59,982 nucleotides of DNA. Origin: a virus. Lineage: Duplodnaviria; Caudoviricetes. A program made the translations under genes and the position numbers. Location: positions 1 through 59,982 of IMG/VR virus record IMGVR_UViG_3300048834_000230. One strand, 5' to 3'. Below are positions 8,710 through 18,810 of the stretch, piece after piece. Under the pieces are notes generated by a model. The model was not told the origin of the DNA. It searched no databases and saw only the letters and a program-made list of their open reading frames with translations. Numbering within the stretch: the first letter of the stretch is position 1; every line of letters begins with the position of its first letter.

Positions 8710-9031
8710 AGGTAGACCCAATGAAATAAACTGTTCTTGCAGCAGCTTCAGATGATCCAGAAACGATTCTTAGATTACAACAAGGGAAACACTCATCTGG
8801 AATCCGAGTAGCCTTACCATCGACTACAGGGATGGTGATAGTGTCTCCTGCATCGTCGTAAACATCTGCCCAATCTGCATTAGGATGAGCCTTAATCTGT
8901 GGTGTTACTACAGTTCCAGTAAATGCCGCTGGAAATTGTAGCATTCCAAAAACACTATCAGTAATTTCTAATCCATTACTGGTAGTTGTATCAATTGCAA
9001 TAGTCAATGTCTCTCTTCGGATAGCTCTCAT
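8708..9031 (-). CDS. Small beta-rich putative virion protein
   Basis: FPAAFTGT...WADVYD...LRIVS pattern common in phage structural accessory proteins. Confidence 0.5.
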   Translation of the reverse strand: MRAIRRETLTIAIDTTTSNGLEITDSVFGMLQFPAAFTGTVVTPQIKAHPNADWADVYDDAGDTITIPVVDGKATRIPDECFPCCNLRIVSGSSEAAARTVYFIGST

Positions 9032-9034
9032 TTG

Positions 9035-9697
9035 TTATCTCCTAGGAATGTTGAGTTGCTGAAAAGCAAATCTCTTTGTAGGTACAAAATTCATTTCATT
9101 AGCTAGTGTTAAAGCATTATCTGATTCATCAGAATCAAAAACTTTAATACCACAAATACTACCGGGTAGGTAATTTGTATTACGTCTTCCAAATACAGTA
9201 AGAGCAAATGTTCCTGGTAATGATTGACCCCCTTCAGAGGATTCTACTCCATTTATAAAAACTCTACAGATATTACCGGCTGTTCTGGTTACAAGGATAT
9301 GATACCACGTATCTACAAGAAGAGTGTCAACTAAATCCCATCCCAAAGTTGTTGTACTTGTTGATGTTACACTAATAACGGTTATACCATTAACAAAAAT
9401 TCGTGAATTAGCTGTAGATGTTGTACCAGCTAATCCTGTATTAGCAATTACACTTGTTTTGAAAAACATACCTATAGAAAAAGCATTACCCGATGAAAAG
9501 CTAATTGATGCTAATGCTGCATCAAGAAATTGACTTGTACCATTTAGTAAGAAAGCATAAGGGTATAACCCCCCTGGCCCTGTAGTACGCAAACTAGAAG
9601 TATTAGTACCCCCTGTAACTATATTTGTACCAACAGTAGCTAATATGCTAGTATTAGCAGCATTGTCATCGCATTTCCAATGGTGTAATAATCCCAT
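9035..9697 (-). CDS. LamG/concanavalin A-like lectin-fold protein
   Basis: HHWKCDD, FSIGMFFK, TWYHILVTR, VFING, GSICGIKVF. Confidence 0.8.
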   Translation of the reverse strand: MGLLHHWKCDDNAANTSILATVGTNIVTGGTNTSSLRTTGPGGLYPYAFLLNGTSQFLDAALASISFSSGNAFSIGMFFKTSVIANTGLAGTTSTANSRIFVNGITVISVTSTSTTTLGWDLVDTLLVDTWYHILVTRTAGNICRVFINGVESSEGGQSLPGTFALTVFGRRNTNYLPGSICGIKVFDSDESDNALTLANEMNFVPTKRFAFQQLNIPRR

Positions 9698-9742
9698 AAC
9701 CTAACCCCAACATGTTTTTTTCTGGGAAGAGAGATACTGATA

Positions 9743-12190
9743 ATGAACACAAATTTCCTTCAATGGTCAAGATATATTCCTAAATTGACCGTAGATGGTA
9801 AGCCATATAGGCCCCATCCCAAGCAAAGAGCCTTTCTAATGATACCCCATAGAGAGGCTTTAATGTGTGGTGGTGCTGGTTCTGGGAAATCGGATGCTAT
9901 TCTAATGGCAGCTTGTCAGTATCTCCATAAACCTAATTATAATGCCCTAATTTTGAGAAGGGCTATCTCTGAATCTAAGCTTTCTAGTGCTATTTATGAT
10001 CGTGCTCAACAATGGTTTTGGCCTTTCATCCAAACAGGTGAAGTAAAATGGAATAAAGGAGAGCATAGCTTTCAATTCCCATCAGGAGCTAGATTAACCA
10101 TTTCATTTTTGAGAACCGAACTCGATCATATGCGGTATCAGTGTTTTCATCCTAATACAGAATTACTAACAATATCAGGCTGGAAGAATATCAAAGATAT
10201 TGTATTAGGAGAACTAGTAGCTTCTATGAATCCTGAAACACGGGTTATGGAGTATAAACCTGTAACCAAATTACATAAATACCACTATCAAGGGGATATG
10301 TACAGTAAAGATTCAAGAGAAGTAGGTTTTTGTGTGACTCCTAACCATGAGGTTTGGTTTAGTACACAACGTAGTAATAAGCTGAAAAAATCTCGGATTG
10401 ATGCTTTACCGGCTGTTGCAAAATTACCGCAAGTTTGTCTATGGACTGGTGTTGATCCTGTAGGAAAGGTATTTACTTCAGATGGTAATAATGGCAAGTC
10501 TATTGAATTTAATCCTAAAGTTTGGGCTGAATTTTTAGGCTGGTGGATTGCTGAAGGTAATTGTGATTTAGATAAATGGGCGGTAGTTGTAACCCAAGTA
10601 AAGAAAAGTGGTAGAAAAGAACTAAAGAAACTTTATGCCAAGATAAATACTAATAAGTACATTGATGCTAAACGATTCATATTCAACAATAAAAGTCTTG
10701 TACTGTGGTTACATGAGAATTGTGGTAAAGGAGCTAAAAATAAACATTTACCTCAAGAAGTGAAACAATGGTCTAGTGCTTATTTGGAAATTTTATTGAA
10801 AGCATTAGTAAAAGGGGATGGTACTTGGAAATCTTCTACTAATGGTGTTTTTGTAACTAGTTCAAAACAATTAGCTGAAGATGTTTCTGAAATAGCTGTT
10901 AAATGCGGTTATAGACCAACAACAAAACCCTACACCATGATTGGTTTTGGTAAAGAAACTCCTGGTTGGCGAGTGTCTTTAACGAAATTAGATCGTGATA
11001 CTCTGATTAAAAACTCTACAGTTAAGGAAACAAAGTCACAAACTCTACAGCAAATTCCTTATTCTGGTGATGTTCATTGTGTGACTGTACCCCCTCATCA
11101 TACAGTTCTAACTCGATATAACGGTAAAGTCGTATGGATGGGGCAGTCAACAGAATTTGACTTTATCGGCCTAGAAGAATTGACCACTTTTGAAGATTTC
11201 CAGTACACGTTTATGTTCCGGTCACTACGACAAGTAACTGGATCAGATATTCCCTTGCGTATGCGTTCTAGCACGAATCCGATTGGTCCTGGTGTTGATT
11301 GGGTTAGACGTAGATTTCGTATTACTTGGGATGATGAATTAGGAACTTGGGTAGGGAAGCATCCGTATCGTAAAATTCTACAGGCATTTTACAAAGATAA
11401 TCCCTCACTTGATCCTAGTTATATCTATTCTTTGAATGAAATGGACCCTGTTACACGTACTCAAATGCGTGATGGTGATTGGTCTACAAATCAATACAGC
11501 CGATTCAAACCTGAAAACTTTGATGATCGTTATGAAACTAGGGGACAGTATTTCAGTGCATTGAAATCAAGAAAAACTTGGCACAAAGATACAGTTGAGA
11601 TTTTCTTTACGGTTGATCCTGCTGGTACACAACGAAGTCTCCCTGGTGGTTTAAGCCTACATAAGAACAAAGGGCCAGCTTGGTCTGTGGTCTGTATCTG
11701 GGCTAAAACGTCAGATAATTACTTGCTGCTTTTGGACATGATTCGCAAACAATGCGAAATTCCAGAACTTTTGCAACGGCTGGTTTATGCTAGTCAAGTC
11801 TACAAACCCCTCAAAATTATCGCAGAAAGAAACGGTTTGGGACTTGGGGTAACTCAAGTCGGTGCGTCTTTAGGACTCCCTATTGACGAAATCTATACTT
11901 CTGTGGATAAAGTTAAGAACGCAACTAATGCTTTGTTCCGTGCATCCAAGGGTATGATACTCTTACCCGATGATGCTCCTTGGTTAGATGACTTTGAAAA
12001 TGAAGTCTTAACTTGGATGGGTGCCCCCAACGAAACAGATGACATTGTTGATAATGTTTCCAATGCTGCAAACTATGTCCAACAGTGTGTTGGTGGTGAC
12101 GAGAGACAATACTACGAAGATGTATATGACTCACCACTTGCAAGAGGGCATTGGAACAACGGACTTGCTCTACCAAATTACGAATACTAG
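9743..12190 (+). CDS. terL: Terminase large subunit containing an intein
   Basis: Walker A GGAGSGKS, Walker B FIGLEE, STNP coupling motif, RNase H-like VDPA...ERNG...DDIVD. Confidence 0.93.
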   Translation: MNTNFLQWSRYIPKLTVDGKPYRPHPKQRAFLMIPHREALMCGGAGSGKSDAILMAACQYLHKPNYNALILRRAISESKLSSAIYDRAQQWFWPFIQTGEVKWNKGEHSFQFPSGARLTISFLRTELDHMRYQCFHPNTELLTISGWKNIKDIVLGELVASMNPETRVMEYKPVTKLHKYHYQGDMYSKDSREVGFCVTPNHEVWFSTQRSNKLKKSRIDALPAVAKLPQVCLWTGVDPVGKVFTSDGNNGKSIEFNPKVWAEFLGWWIAEGNCDLDKWAVVVTQVKKSGRKELKKLYAKINTNKYIDAKRFIFNNKSLVLWLHENCGKGAKNKHLPQEVKQWSSAYLEILLKALVKGDGTWKSSTNGVFVTSSKQLAEDVSEIAVKCGYRPTTKPYTMIGFGKETPGWRVSLTKLDRDTLIKNSTVKETKSQTLQQIPYSGDVHCVTVPPHHTVLTRYNGKVVWMGQSTEFDFIGLEELTTFEDFQYTFMFRSLRQVTGSDIPLRMRSSTNPIGPGVDWVRRRFRITWDDELGTWVGKHPYRKILQAFYKDNPSLDPSYIYSLNEMDPVTRTQMRDGDWSTNQYSRFKPENFDDRYETRGQYFSALKSRKTWHKDTVEIFFTVDPAGTQRSLPGGLSLHKNKGPAWSVVCIWAKTSDNYLLLLDMIRKQCEIPELLQRLVYASQVYKPLKIIAERNGLGLGVTQVGASLGLPIDEIYTSVDKVKNATNALFRASKGMILLPDDAPWLDDFENEVLTWMGAPNETDDIVDNVSNAANYVQQCVGGDERQYYEDVYDSPLARGHWNNGLALPNYEY
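10142..11146 (+). mobile_element. LAGLIDADG intein in TerL (335 aa, Cys1 to Gln, Ser+1)
   Basis: CFHPNTELLT block A; VTPNH block B; FLGWWIAEG and LVKGDG endonuclease motifs; VHCVTV...WMGQ/S; removal restores RYQ-STEFDFIGLEE. Confidence 0.9.
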
Positions 12191-12309
12191 GAGACTCAAC
12201 ATAGCAAACAGAATTTAACTCGTTCTTTCTCAGCCTACAGTTGGTAACAACCATTTCTAAAACCCTGAAGTATTATAAATACTTAAATAGGTATAGGCAG
12301 AGTATTATT

Positions 12310-12329
12310 TATATATATATATATATATA
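12310..12329. repeat. (TA)10 microsatellite in an AT-rich intergenic region
   Basis: Read directly; CCCTAATA occurs twice just downstream. Confidence 0.9.
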
Positions 12330-12382
12330 GTAGATTCACCCTAATATATTTACCCTAATAGGGAATCTATGTTTTGGAAGTA

Positions 12383-12735
12383 TTTGTTATAACCCCGCCA
12401 ATCGTGAAATTATCTCAAAGAGACTTTTTATGAACATTCGAGCTAAAAGAGTGACTAATGAAGATTACCTAATAGACCCTGGTAACTTCGCAATTCGTTT
12501 TTTAGATGATGAACCACAAGGTATGATTTACGTTTGCCCCTGTGGTTGTAAGCGGCAAGGATACTTACCTTTTAAAAACGCCCAATACACTACAGAGAAT
12601 GGCCCTAGTTGGGAATTTGATGGAAACCTGGACTTTCCTACACTTCAGCCATCTATTTTAGATAAAGCCTGTAAATGGCACGGATGGCTTAGAAATGGCC
12701 TTTTTGTTACATAACCCCCGTTCGTGAAATTATCT
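12383..12735 (+). repeat. Imperfect 33-bp direct repeats (12383-12415, 12703-12735) with identical core TCGTGAAATTATCT
   Basis: TTTGTTATAACCCCGCCAATCGTGAAATTATCT versus TTTGTTACATAACCCCCGTTCGTGAAATTATCT. Confidence 0.8.
12430..12714 (+). CDS. DUF6527-like Zn-binding protein
   Basis: CPCGC...W-x-FDG...PTLQPSI...C-x-WHG-x-L-x-NG. Confidence 0.75.
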   Translation: MNIRAKRVTNEDYLIDPGNFAIRFLDDEPQGMIYVCPCGCKRQGYLPFKNAQYTTENGPSWEFDGNLDFPTLQPSILDKACKWHGWLRNGLFVT

Positions 12736-12816
12736 ATTTCCGGCTTCTCTTGTCTTTCTCCCAGAAAAAATCTAAATTACCAAGGAACTTAATTTCTCAT
12801 ATATGAGGGTAGTAAT

Positions 12817-14166
12817 ATGGCACTAGACCATGATGGACTGTTCAAAGTAATTGGTAAGTACGTCAAAGCTATTAACATTTGGATGACTTATGTAACTGCT
12901 TTGAATACGTCAAAGGGAGAAATCTTTACAGTCTTAGAAGAAGAAAACTTAGAAGATTACTACAAATCGGTGCCGGATCAATTTGCAGGCTTTCAATCTA
13001 CTATTACGAACTGGATTAGTTCTGTAATTTTGAACACAAGGGATATCCTGTTAGATCGTGATTACGTGATTGATGAGTTATCCATCTATAACTTTCAAGT
13101 TACAGATGTTCTCAATGGTCTATATGACTACATGATAGATAATGCTGAAACAATCAAATCATCTGTTGTAACCCTCGATACAAATGATGTTGATAAAGCA
13201 GCTAGTGAGAGTCTTATATCTATTAATGATGATCCTCAATATCCTATTCTGTTTTGTTCACGTACTTTGGATGGGGTAAATTCACCGGGTAACAATGTTG
13301 CTGCTCATTTACGGTATGACGGCATTGAATCTCAATTAGCTCGATCATGTAAAGTTACTGCTGAATTAATTGATAATTCAGTTGTTGGTTCTGAAATAGC
13401 TCAACTTTATACAGGTGTTACTGCTGTTGAGCCTTATCAACTTCAATCTGAAACACCTGGAAATGGTCCTGCTATTACTTGTGTAGAAGGAACTAATAAC
13501 TTAGTAGCTAATCACTACAACTTTAATTCTTGGTCTGGTGACTCTCCTGATGGCTGGTCTGTATCTGGTACAATCACTACTGATTATGTAGATGGTTCTG
13601 CTGGTAATGGTACAGGACCTTTAAGAATTAAAACCCAAGGTGTTTATGCACTTCAAAAAATAAGTAATTTAGAGCATCACAAGCTTTATTATTTAGGATT
13701 GTTTGCATCTATTAATAGTTCTCCTGGTGGTGGCAACAATGTTATTGGTATTAAGCTACGAACTAATGCCGATGCTACTATTGTTTCACAAACAACCGTT
13801 ACTTTAGATACTGCTTCAACAGAAGATGGAGTTGCATATACATTTTTCAGATTGCCAGCTACGGTAGATTTGAATGATGTTTATGTAGAAGTTGAATATG
13901 TAACAGAAGCATCTAGTGCGGATATCATTGACATAAACAAAGTAGTGCTTACTCCTGCTGTTTATTGGAATGGTTTAGGCTGGGCATATTGGGTGCTGAA
14001 TCACACTAGTTCAATTAAGACTTATGCAGCATTAGGACATAAGACTGATATTGTGATAGCGAACAATGATGCTGGTCTTTTCCAAACCTTCTTTAGAAAA
14101 GCATACGCTATTCAGTTACCATCAGCCGATTCACCTTCAATTGATGACACTCTTGCTAGTGCATAA
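12817..14166 (+). CDS. Putative virion protein with C-terminal carbohydrate-binding-like domain
   Basis: First gene of the structural operon; N-x-NF-x-SW...PDGW pattern; Ser/Thr-rich. Confidence 0.5.
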   Translation: MALDHDGLFKVIGKYVKAINIWMTYVTALNTSKGEIFTVLEEENLEDYYKSVPDQFAGFQSTITNWISSVILNTRDILLDRDYVIDELSIYNFQVTDVLNGLYDYMIDNAETIKSSVVTLDTNDVDKAASESLISINDDPQYPILFCSRTLDGVNSPGNNVAAHLRYDGIESQLARSCKVTAELIDNSVVGSEIAQLYTGVTAVEPYQLQSETPGNGPAITCVEGTNNLVANHYNFNSWSGDSPDGWSVSGTITTDYVDGSAGNGTGPLRIKTQGVYALQKISNLEHHKLYYLGLFASINSSPGGGNNVIGIKLRTNADATIVSQTTVTLDTASTEDGVAYTFFRLPATVDLNDVYVEVEYVTEASSADIIDINKVVLTPAVYWNGLGWAYWVLNHTSSIKTYAALGHKTDIVIANNDAGLFQTFFRKAYAIQLPSADSPSIDDTLASA

Positions 14167-14176
14167 GGAATAAACA

Positions 14177-15484
14177 ATGCCAGCTACAATGCAGCGTATT
14201 CGTAAGAAGATTCTCACTCCTGGTCGCCATAATGCTGTGAAGAATGGTTCGTCAAGGGAACTTGATGACATTCCTTTGGAGCGTATGAAACATTGGGTGG
14301 ATAGTTTTAATCAAATGAAAACTGAATTAGGATATAAACTTCCTAATCCATCGGTTCATTATGATAAGAAGGGTATTCCACCTAGGCCAGTTATTGAGAC
14401 TGAATCCGGTGAACTTATTGATCCCCGTACAGGTAAGCCTACTCCTTGGGACTCTAATCTCAATCTAGGGTTTTGGGATAAGCTTTATATTGAAGATGGT
14501 GCCTTGTGGGGTGAAGTTGAAGCTCCTGGTTCACTTGATGATCCTAATACACCAGCAGGTAAGTTAGGCACTACCATTAAGGAAACATCTATCGGTGCTG
14601 CTAAGACTTATACCGATGGAACGGGTAAGGAATGGAAGGATGTTTTGGTACATGTCGCCTCTTGCGTTCATGCGGTAGAGCCAAATCAGGAAAATTTTAT
14701 CCCTATGACAGAGGGAGAATTTTCGCTTATGTCCATGTCATCTTTAATTCCTGATAATGGGACAAATAACGGGAATTTCAGCCAAAAAAGCACTGGTGAA
14801 GAGTCATCAGTGACAATTAACCCTACTGATCCGAAAGAGGCTATTCAGCTTTTACGAAAAATTCCTATTGACCTTCCCGACGATACCTCTCAAGATAATT
14901 TCATAGAACGGCTAGTAATAGCCTTGAAGCAATGGGATGCGGACCAAAAAAATCAAGAAGAACAATTGGCCCCAAAGAATCCCAAACCTGCTAATCCGAA
15001 CAAACAACCCAAAGAAACCACTGAAAAAACAGGTGTTGTTACTATGAGTACCCAAACCGAAACAAAAAATGACGATCTGGTTTTGGAAATGACCATGAGC
15101 AGTATTCAGAAGGAGACTCGCAAAACTTTGCGTTCTCGTTTGGATGCCATCGTTAAAGCCGGTGCTTTGAAGAAAGAACAAGCTGAAGCACTCTTCCCGA
15201 ACTTGGATATGCTTACCATGTCGGTTGATGATTTCAATCGTGAAACTAAGGAATGGAAGAAGCCATCTTATGAAATTGCCTTAGATGCAATTGAGGCTGT
15301 TCTTACCAATGTTTCTATTGCAAAAGAGGGTATGACTACTCTTTCTCAAGAACTAACCCAAGGCTATCAGCCTGATGGGGCTGCTGTACATACCTTGGAT
15401 GATCTTGTACCCAAGAGTGAAGAGGGTGAAGTTCAAGCTGCTGAATCTGCATTTATGAAGGGTATGAAATCAGTTAGTGCTTAA
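14177..15484 (+). CDS. Prohead protease/scaffold protein (Mu gpI-like)
   Basis: ILTPG, H...LGF, ETSIG, LVHVA motifs plus helical scaffold tail; upstream of the capsid genes. Confidence 0.7.
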   Translation: MPATMQRIRKKILTPGRHNAVKNGSSRELDDIPLERMKHWVDSFNQMKTELGYKLPNPSVHYDKKGIPPRPVIETESGELIDPRTGKPTPWDSNLNLGFWDKLYIEDGALWGEVEAPGSLDDPNTPAGKLGTTIKETSIGAAKTYTDGTGKEWKDVLVHVASCVHAVEPNQENFIPMTEGEFSLMSMSSLIPDNGTNNGNFSQKSTGEESSVTINPTDPKEAIQLLRKIPIDLPDDTSQDNFIERLVIALKQWDADQKNQEEQLAPKNPKPANPNKQPKETTEKTGVVTMSTQTETKNDDLVLEMTMSSIQKETRKTLRSRLDAIVKAGALKKEQAEALFPNLDMLTMSVDDFNRETKEWKKPSYEIALDAIEAVLTNVSIAKEGMTTLSQELTQGYQPDGAAVHTLDDLVPKSEEGEVQAAESAFMKGMKSVSA

Positions 15485-15525
15485 TCCCTAATACAATTTA
15501 GGGTACTCATACAAGGAGTTTTACG

Positions 15526-16305
15526 ATGAGTCAATATCAAGGTGGTTTTGAGACAATTCCGGGTGTATCAGCAGTCATTGAAACTGCTGAAATTGATTTG
15601 ACATGGTTTAATACCACTCAACACAATCGTTTTGATGGTGGTAAGGTTCTTGCTGCATCTGTTGATGCCGGTAATACCCCAACTACTCAATTACGTGCTG
15701 GTTTGTTGCTTGGATTTATTGCCAGTAGCAATAGCTATACTCAATGGACCCCTGGTGCCAGCAATGGTGCTGAAAAGATTGCTGGGGTTTTAGCACGTAC
15801 AAAGAGTACGCTTGAATCTGGTGTTGCTGCTGACCATTTTGTAGGTAGCATCATCACAGACGGTTATCTCAAAAATGATAATCTTCTGATTCCTGGTGAA
15901 TCTACTTATGGTCTATCCGGTAAGGATTTAGAATTTGTTGTTCGGGACCAACTTGCTGAACGATTCCTACTAGATGATATTCGTAATCCTCTTATTCCTC
16001 GTAATGCAACACTTATTGCAGATAAGACGATTGACGGTACATGGCATGGGGCAACAATCAATAATATCGGTGCTACTGGTACTGTTGTTGTTACTTTACC
16101 AGCCCCAAAGCAAGGTTTCCGTTTGCGTTTGCGTCAGTTTAGTAATCAGATTCTTCAAGTTGCTACACCTAGTGCTGGCCAACTTAAGTTGTCTGATGGT
16201 ACAACTGCCCAAACATTGAATCTTGCTGCTGCTACAAACAAGGTTATGGATATTTACGGCATTGGCTCAACCTATCATGCTGTTATCTATGGTGCAACTT
16301 CTTAA
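15526..16305 (+). CDS. Head decoration protein (lambda gpD-like) with extra C-terminal domain
   Basis: LRAGLLLG...YTQW...GAEKIAGVL; position before the MCP. Confidence 0.7.
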   Translation: MSQYQGGFETIPGVSAVIETAEIDLTWFNTTQHNRFDGGKVLAASVDAGNTPTTQLRAGLLLGFIASSNSYTQWTPGASNGAEKIAGVLARTKSTLESGVAADHFVGSIITDGYLKNDNLLIPGESTYGLSGKDLEFVVRDQLAERFLLDDIRNPLIPRNATLIADKTIDGTWHGATINNIGATGTVVVTLPAPKQGFRLRLRQFSNQILQVATPSAGQLKLSDGTTAQTLNLAAATNKVMDIYGIGSTYHAVIYGATS

Positions 16306-16359
16306 TAACTTAGGATTAAATACCTAATTAAAGTTACTGCTTCGTAAAGGGATTTCAAT

Positions 16360-17502
16360 ATGGCTAATATCACAGTAGAAGATTTGTTTCGCCATAGAAA
16401 TGTTATGGGGGTGCGAAGTCAGTACAAAGCACCAGCAACCCCTATGAGTAATTTCTATGGGATTGGTCCTGGTTCTGTTCGTGAACGTAGTGAAGTTCGT
16501 GAATTCTCTCGTGACATTTACAACAACACTCGTTTGCTTGCTAATGTTCGACCACCTAAAACCGGTCCTGCAAAAGTTCGTCGCCATCCGGTAGGAAAGT
16601 TCGATGTGCATGTCATTCGCTTGCACGAAGAACTTGATATCTTTGACGAAGACATTATGAAGTATCGTCCGATTGGTGGTAAGATCGGCGATCTTGATGA
16701 GTCTGGTCAAGCATGGGTAGGCCGGGAAATGGGTCGCCTCATGCAGCGTTTCGGTAACACCAATGAGTTCATGGTAACTCGGATGTTCCGTAACGGTTTT
16801 GGTGTCAAGAAGGATGATGATAACTATTCACTAGTTGAAAAATCGGCTTCCGGTTACACCTTCAATGTTGATTATCAAATCCCATCTACCAATGTTGGTA
16901 ACTGTGATTCGATCTTCAGTGATCTTTGGTCAAGTTCCTCAACAAACATTCCTGCCCAAATCTTGGCATTGAATGCTGCTGCGGAACGTGTTAGTGGTCA
17001 TCCGATCAGCGTTTGCTGGATCAACAGTACCGTTCTCACCTACCTGTATAACAATACGATCATTCGTAACATTTCAGGTACTTGGGTACGTATCTTTGAT
17101 TCGCAAACTGGTCAAGAAGTTTCGACCATTGGTGGTCCGAATCGTTCTAGCGGTTACGTTGTAACATTCACGGCTATTCCAAACGTCGTGTTCCATGTTA
17201 CTGATGTTGTCCAGAACGTGGATCAGAAGGTGGATAGCCAAACTGCTGCTAACTCCAGCAAGGTTATGCCTGATGCTCGTGCCTTGTTCACTCCTGCCCC
17301 TGGTGGTGATTGGTACAGCATTGTGGAAAGTGGTGAACCGATTCGTGAACTACCGAATCGTCCTGAATCCCAAATGCGGTATGGCTTCTACTCGTGGCAA
17401 TGCCCATTTGAGAAACCACCTGGACGTACCTTGACGGCAGTAGATAACTACTTGCCTGTGCTTGATATTCCTGCTGCGGTATTCTATGCGACTATCGCTT
17501 AG
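16360..17502 (+). CDS. Major capsid protein (lambda gpE-like HK97 fold)
   Basis: 380 aa; E-loop-like N-half, FNVDYQIP, W...IPAQI, C-terminal YLPVLDIPAAV. Confidence 0.85.
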   Translation: MANITVEDLFRHRNVMGVRSQYKAPATPMSNFYGIGPGSVRERSEVREFSRDIYNNTRLLANVRPPKTGPAKVRRHPVGKFDVHVIRLHEELDIFDEDIMKYRPIGGKIGDLDESGQAWVGREMGRLMQRFGNTNEFMVTRMFRNGFGVKKDDDNYSLVEKSASGYTFNVDYQIPSTNVGNCDSIFSDLWSSSSTNIPAQILALNAAAERVSGHPISVCWINSTVLTYLYNNTIIRNISGTWVRIFDSQTGQEVSTIGGPNRSSGYVVTFTAIPNVVFHVTDVVQNVDQKVDSQTAANSSKVMPDARALFTPAPGGDWYSIVESGEPIRELPNRPESQMRYGFYSWQCPFEKPPGRTLTAVDNYLPVLDIPAAVFYATIA

Positions 17503-17536
17503 TTGATACACACTGTTGGACGTAGTTTCGCTACGG

Positions 17537-17571
17537 AACCCCACTCCATACCTAATGGGGTGGGGTTTTTT
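17537..17571 (+). terminator. Intrinsic terminator after the MCP gene
   Basis: AACCCCACTCCAT/ATGGGGTGGGGTT stem followed by a T-run. Confidence 0.85.
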
Positions 17572-17587
17572 ATTAGGAGTAAATAAT

Positions 17588-18067
17588 ATGGCTACTTTCA
17601 CCAGTACAGCAGAGATTATCCGTTTAATAGGTAAAGACGCCTATGAAGATTTGATGGAAGGTTTACTAACTTCCCAACGTACTACTTTTATGGAAGAAGT
17701 AGTTGCTTATGCAACTGGTGTAATTACTTCATACACACAAGAGTATTATCTTGATGACTCAATTGCTAATGTTCCTGAAATCAGAATGCGGGCTAGGGTT
17801 ATTGCTGCTAATTTTCTCTCCCAGAGAAGAGGCAATGCCCCTTTGTATGAAACTGAATTAGAGCGTATTTACGAATACCTCAATGATATTAAAGACTATC
17901 GCCGACATATTTCAGGACAAGCTGTAATCGAACCGGATATTCCAGCAGTAAGAAATCATGTTGTTAATCAGAATACTAGGGATAGAATGCAATTGGATGA
18001 ACGTAGCTCAACTGGCTCTTACCCTGGACAAGTAACAGCACCTACCGATAGTCAGTGGTTGTTATGA
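17588..18067 (+). CDS. Head-tail adaptor (Mu gp36/DUF1320-like)
   Basis: AGGAG RBS; ATG..I..Y...Y, IAA..L..RRG, L..I..G-like pattern; follows the MCP. Confidence 0.65.
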   Translation: MATFTSTAEIIRLIGKDAYEDLMEGLLTSQRTTFMEEVVAYATGVITSYTQEYYLDDSIANVPEIRMRARVIAANFLSQRRGNAPLYETELERIYEYLNDIKDYRRHISGQAVIEPDIPAVRNHVVNQNTRDRMQLDERSSTGSYPGQVTAPTDSQWLL

Positions 18068-18810
18068 GTAAAAATAATTTCAAGGTTACTACCCGTAAGG
18101 GTAAAGAAACAGTTAGGAGAATGATAAGAGATTTGCCCCGGATGCTTTCTGGTAAGAAAAATGATATCTATGGAGTTCGTGAAGCATTTTGGGGCGGATT
18201 TGCTTATAGTCTTTATAACTCGATCTTCAAAGCTTACATTTGGAAATCAACATTAGCTAAAGATGATCTTGGAAATAGCTGGCCCGATTTATCACCTAGA
18301 ACAAAAGCCTACCGCAGAGCAAAGAAAACTACCCGTACTCCACTTGGTTTACTAACCCCAACAGAGAGAAAACGCTGGTGGTCGATTTACAAACAATTCA
18401 AAGCTTTCTTTATCCAAAAGAGAAAATTTCCCGTAAAGAAAGCCAAAGCCTTTGCAGCAAGAAAAGCTTGGAGTGTACTAAAAGCAGAAGGGGCCAAAAC
18501 AAAGTTACAAGTCTATGGCAAAGAAAAATTTCCAGTGCTTATTCATAAGGGGAGACTTGTAGCTAGTTTAACTCCTGGTGCTTTTAATGGAACACAATAT
18601 AGAGCAAGAAATAGAAACCAGATATTTACTGTAGACCGATCTGGTTTAACTATGGGTACTAGAGTTAAATACGCAATTGAGCATCACGACCCAAAAAAAT
18701 CATACATACCTAGACGAAGACTTTGGCCCGATAACATGTCACCTTGGATTCGCTTAGCGATGACAGCAGGTACAGCCGCAGCAGTCCGCAAACTCACAGC
18801 AAAACTATGA
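18064..18810 (+). CDS. Virion morphogenesis/neck protein (Mu gpG-like)
   Basis: GNSWPDLSPRT...L...GRL..SL...GT.VKYA..H...IPRR. Confidence 0.75.
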   Translation: MSKNNFKVTTRKGKETVRRMIRDLPRMLSGKKNDIYGVREAFWGGFAYSLYNSIFKAYIWKSTLAKDDLGNSWPDLSPRTKAYRRAKKTTRTPLGLLTPTERKRWWSIYKQFKAFFIQKRKFPVKKAKAFAARKAWSVLKAEGAKTKLQVYGKEKFPVLIHKGRLVASLTPGAFNGTQYRARNRNQIFTVDRSGLTMGTRVKYAIEHHDPKKSYIPRRRLWPDNMSPWIRLAMTAGTAAAVRKLTAKL

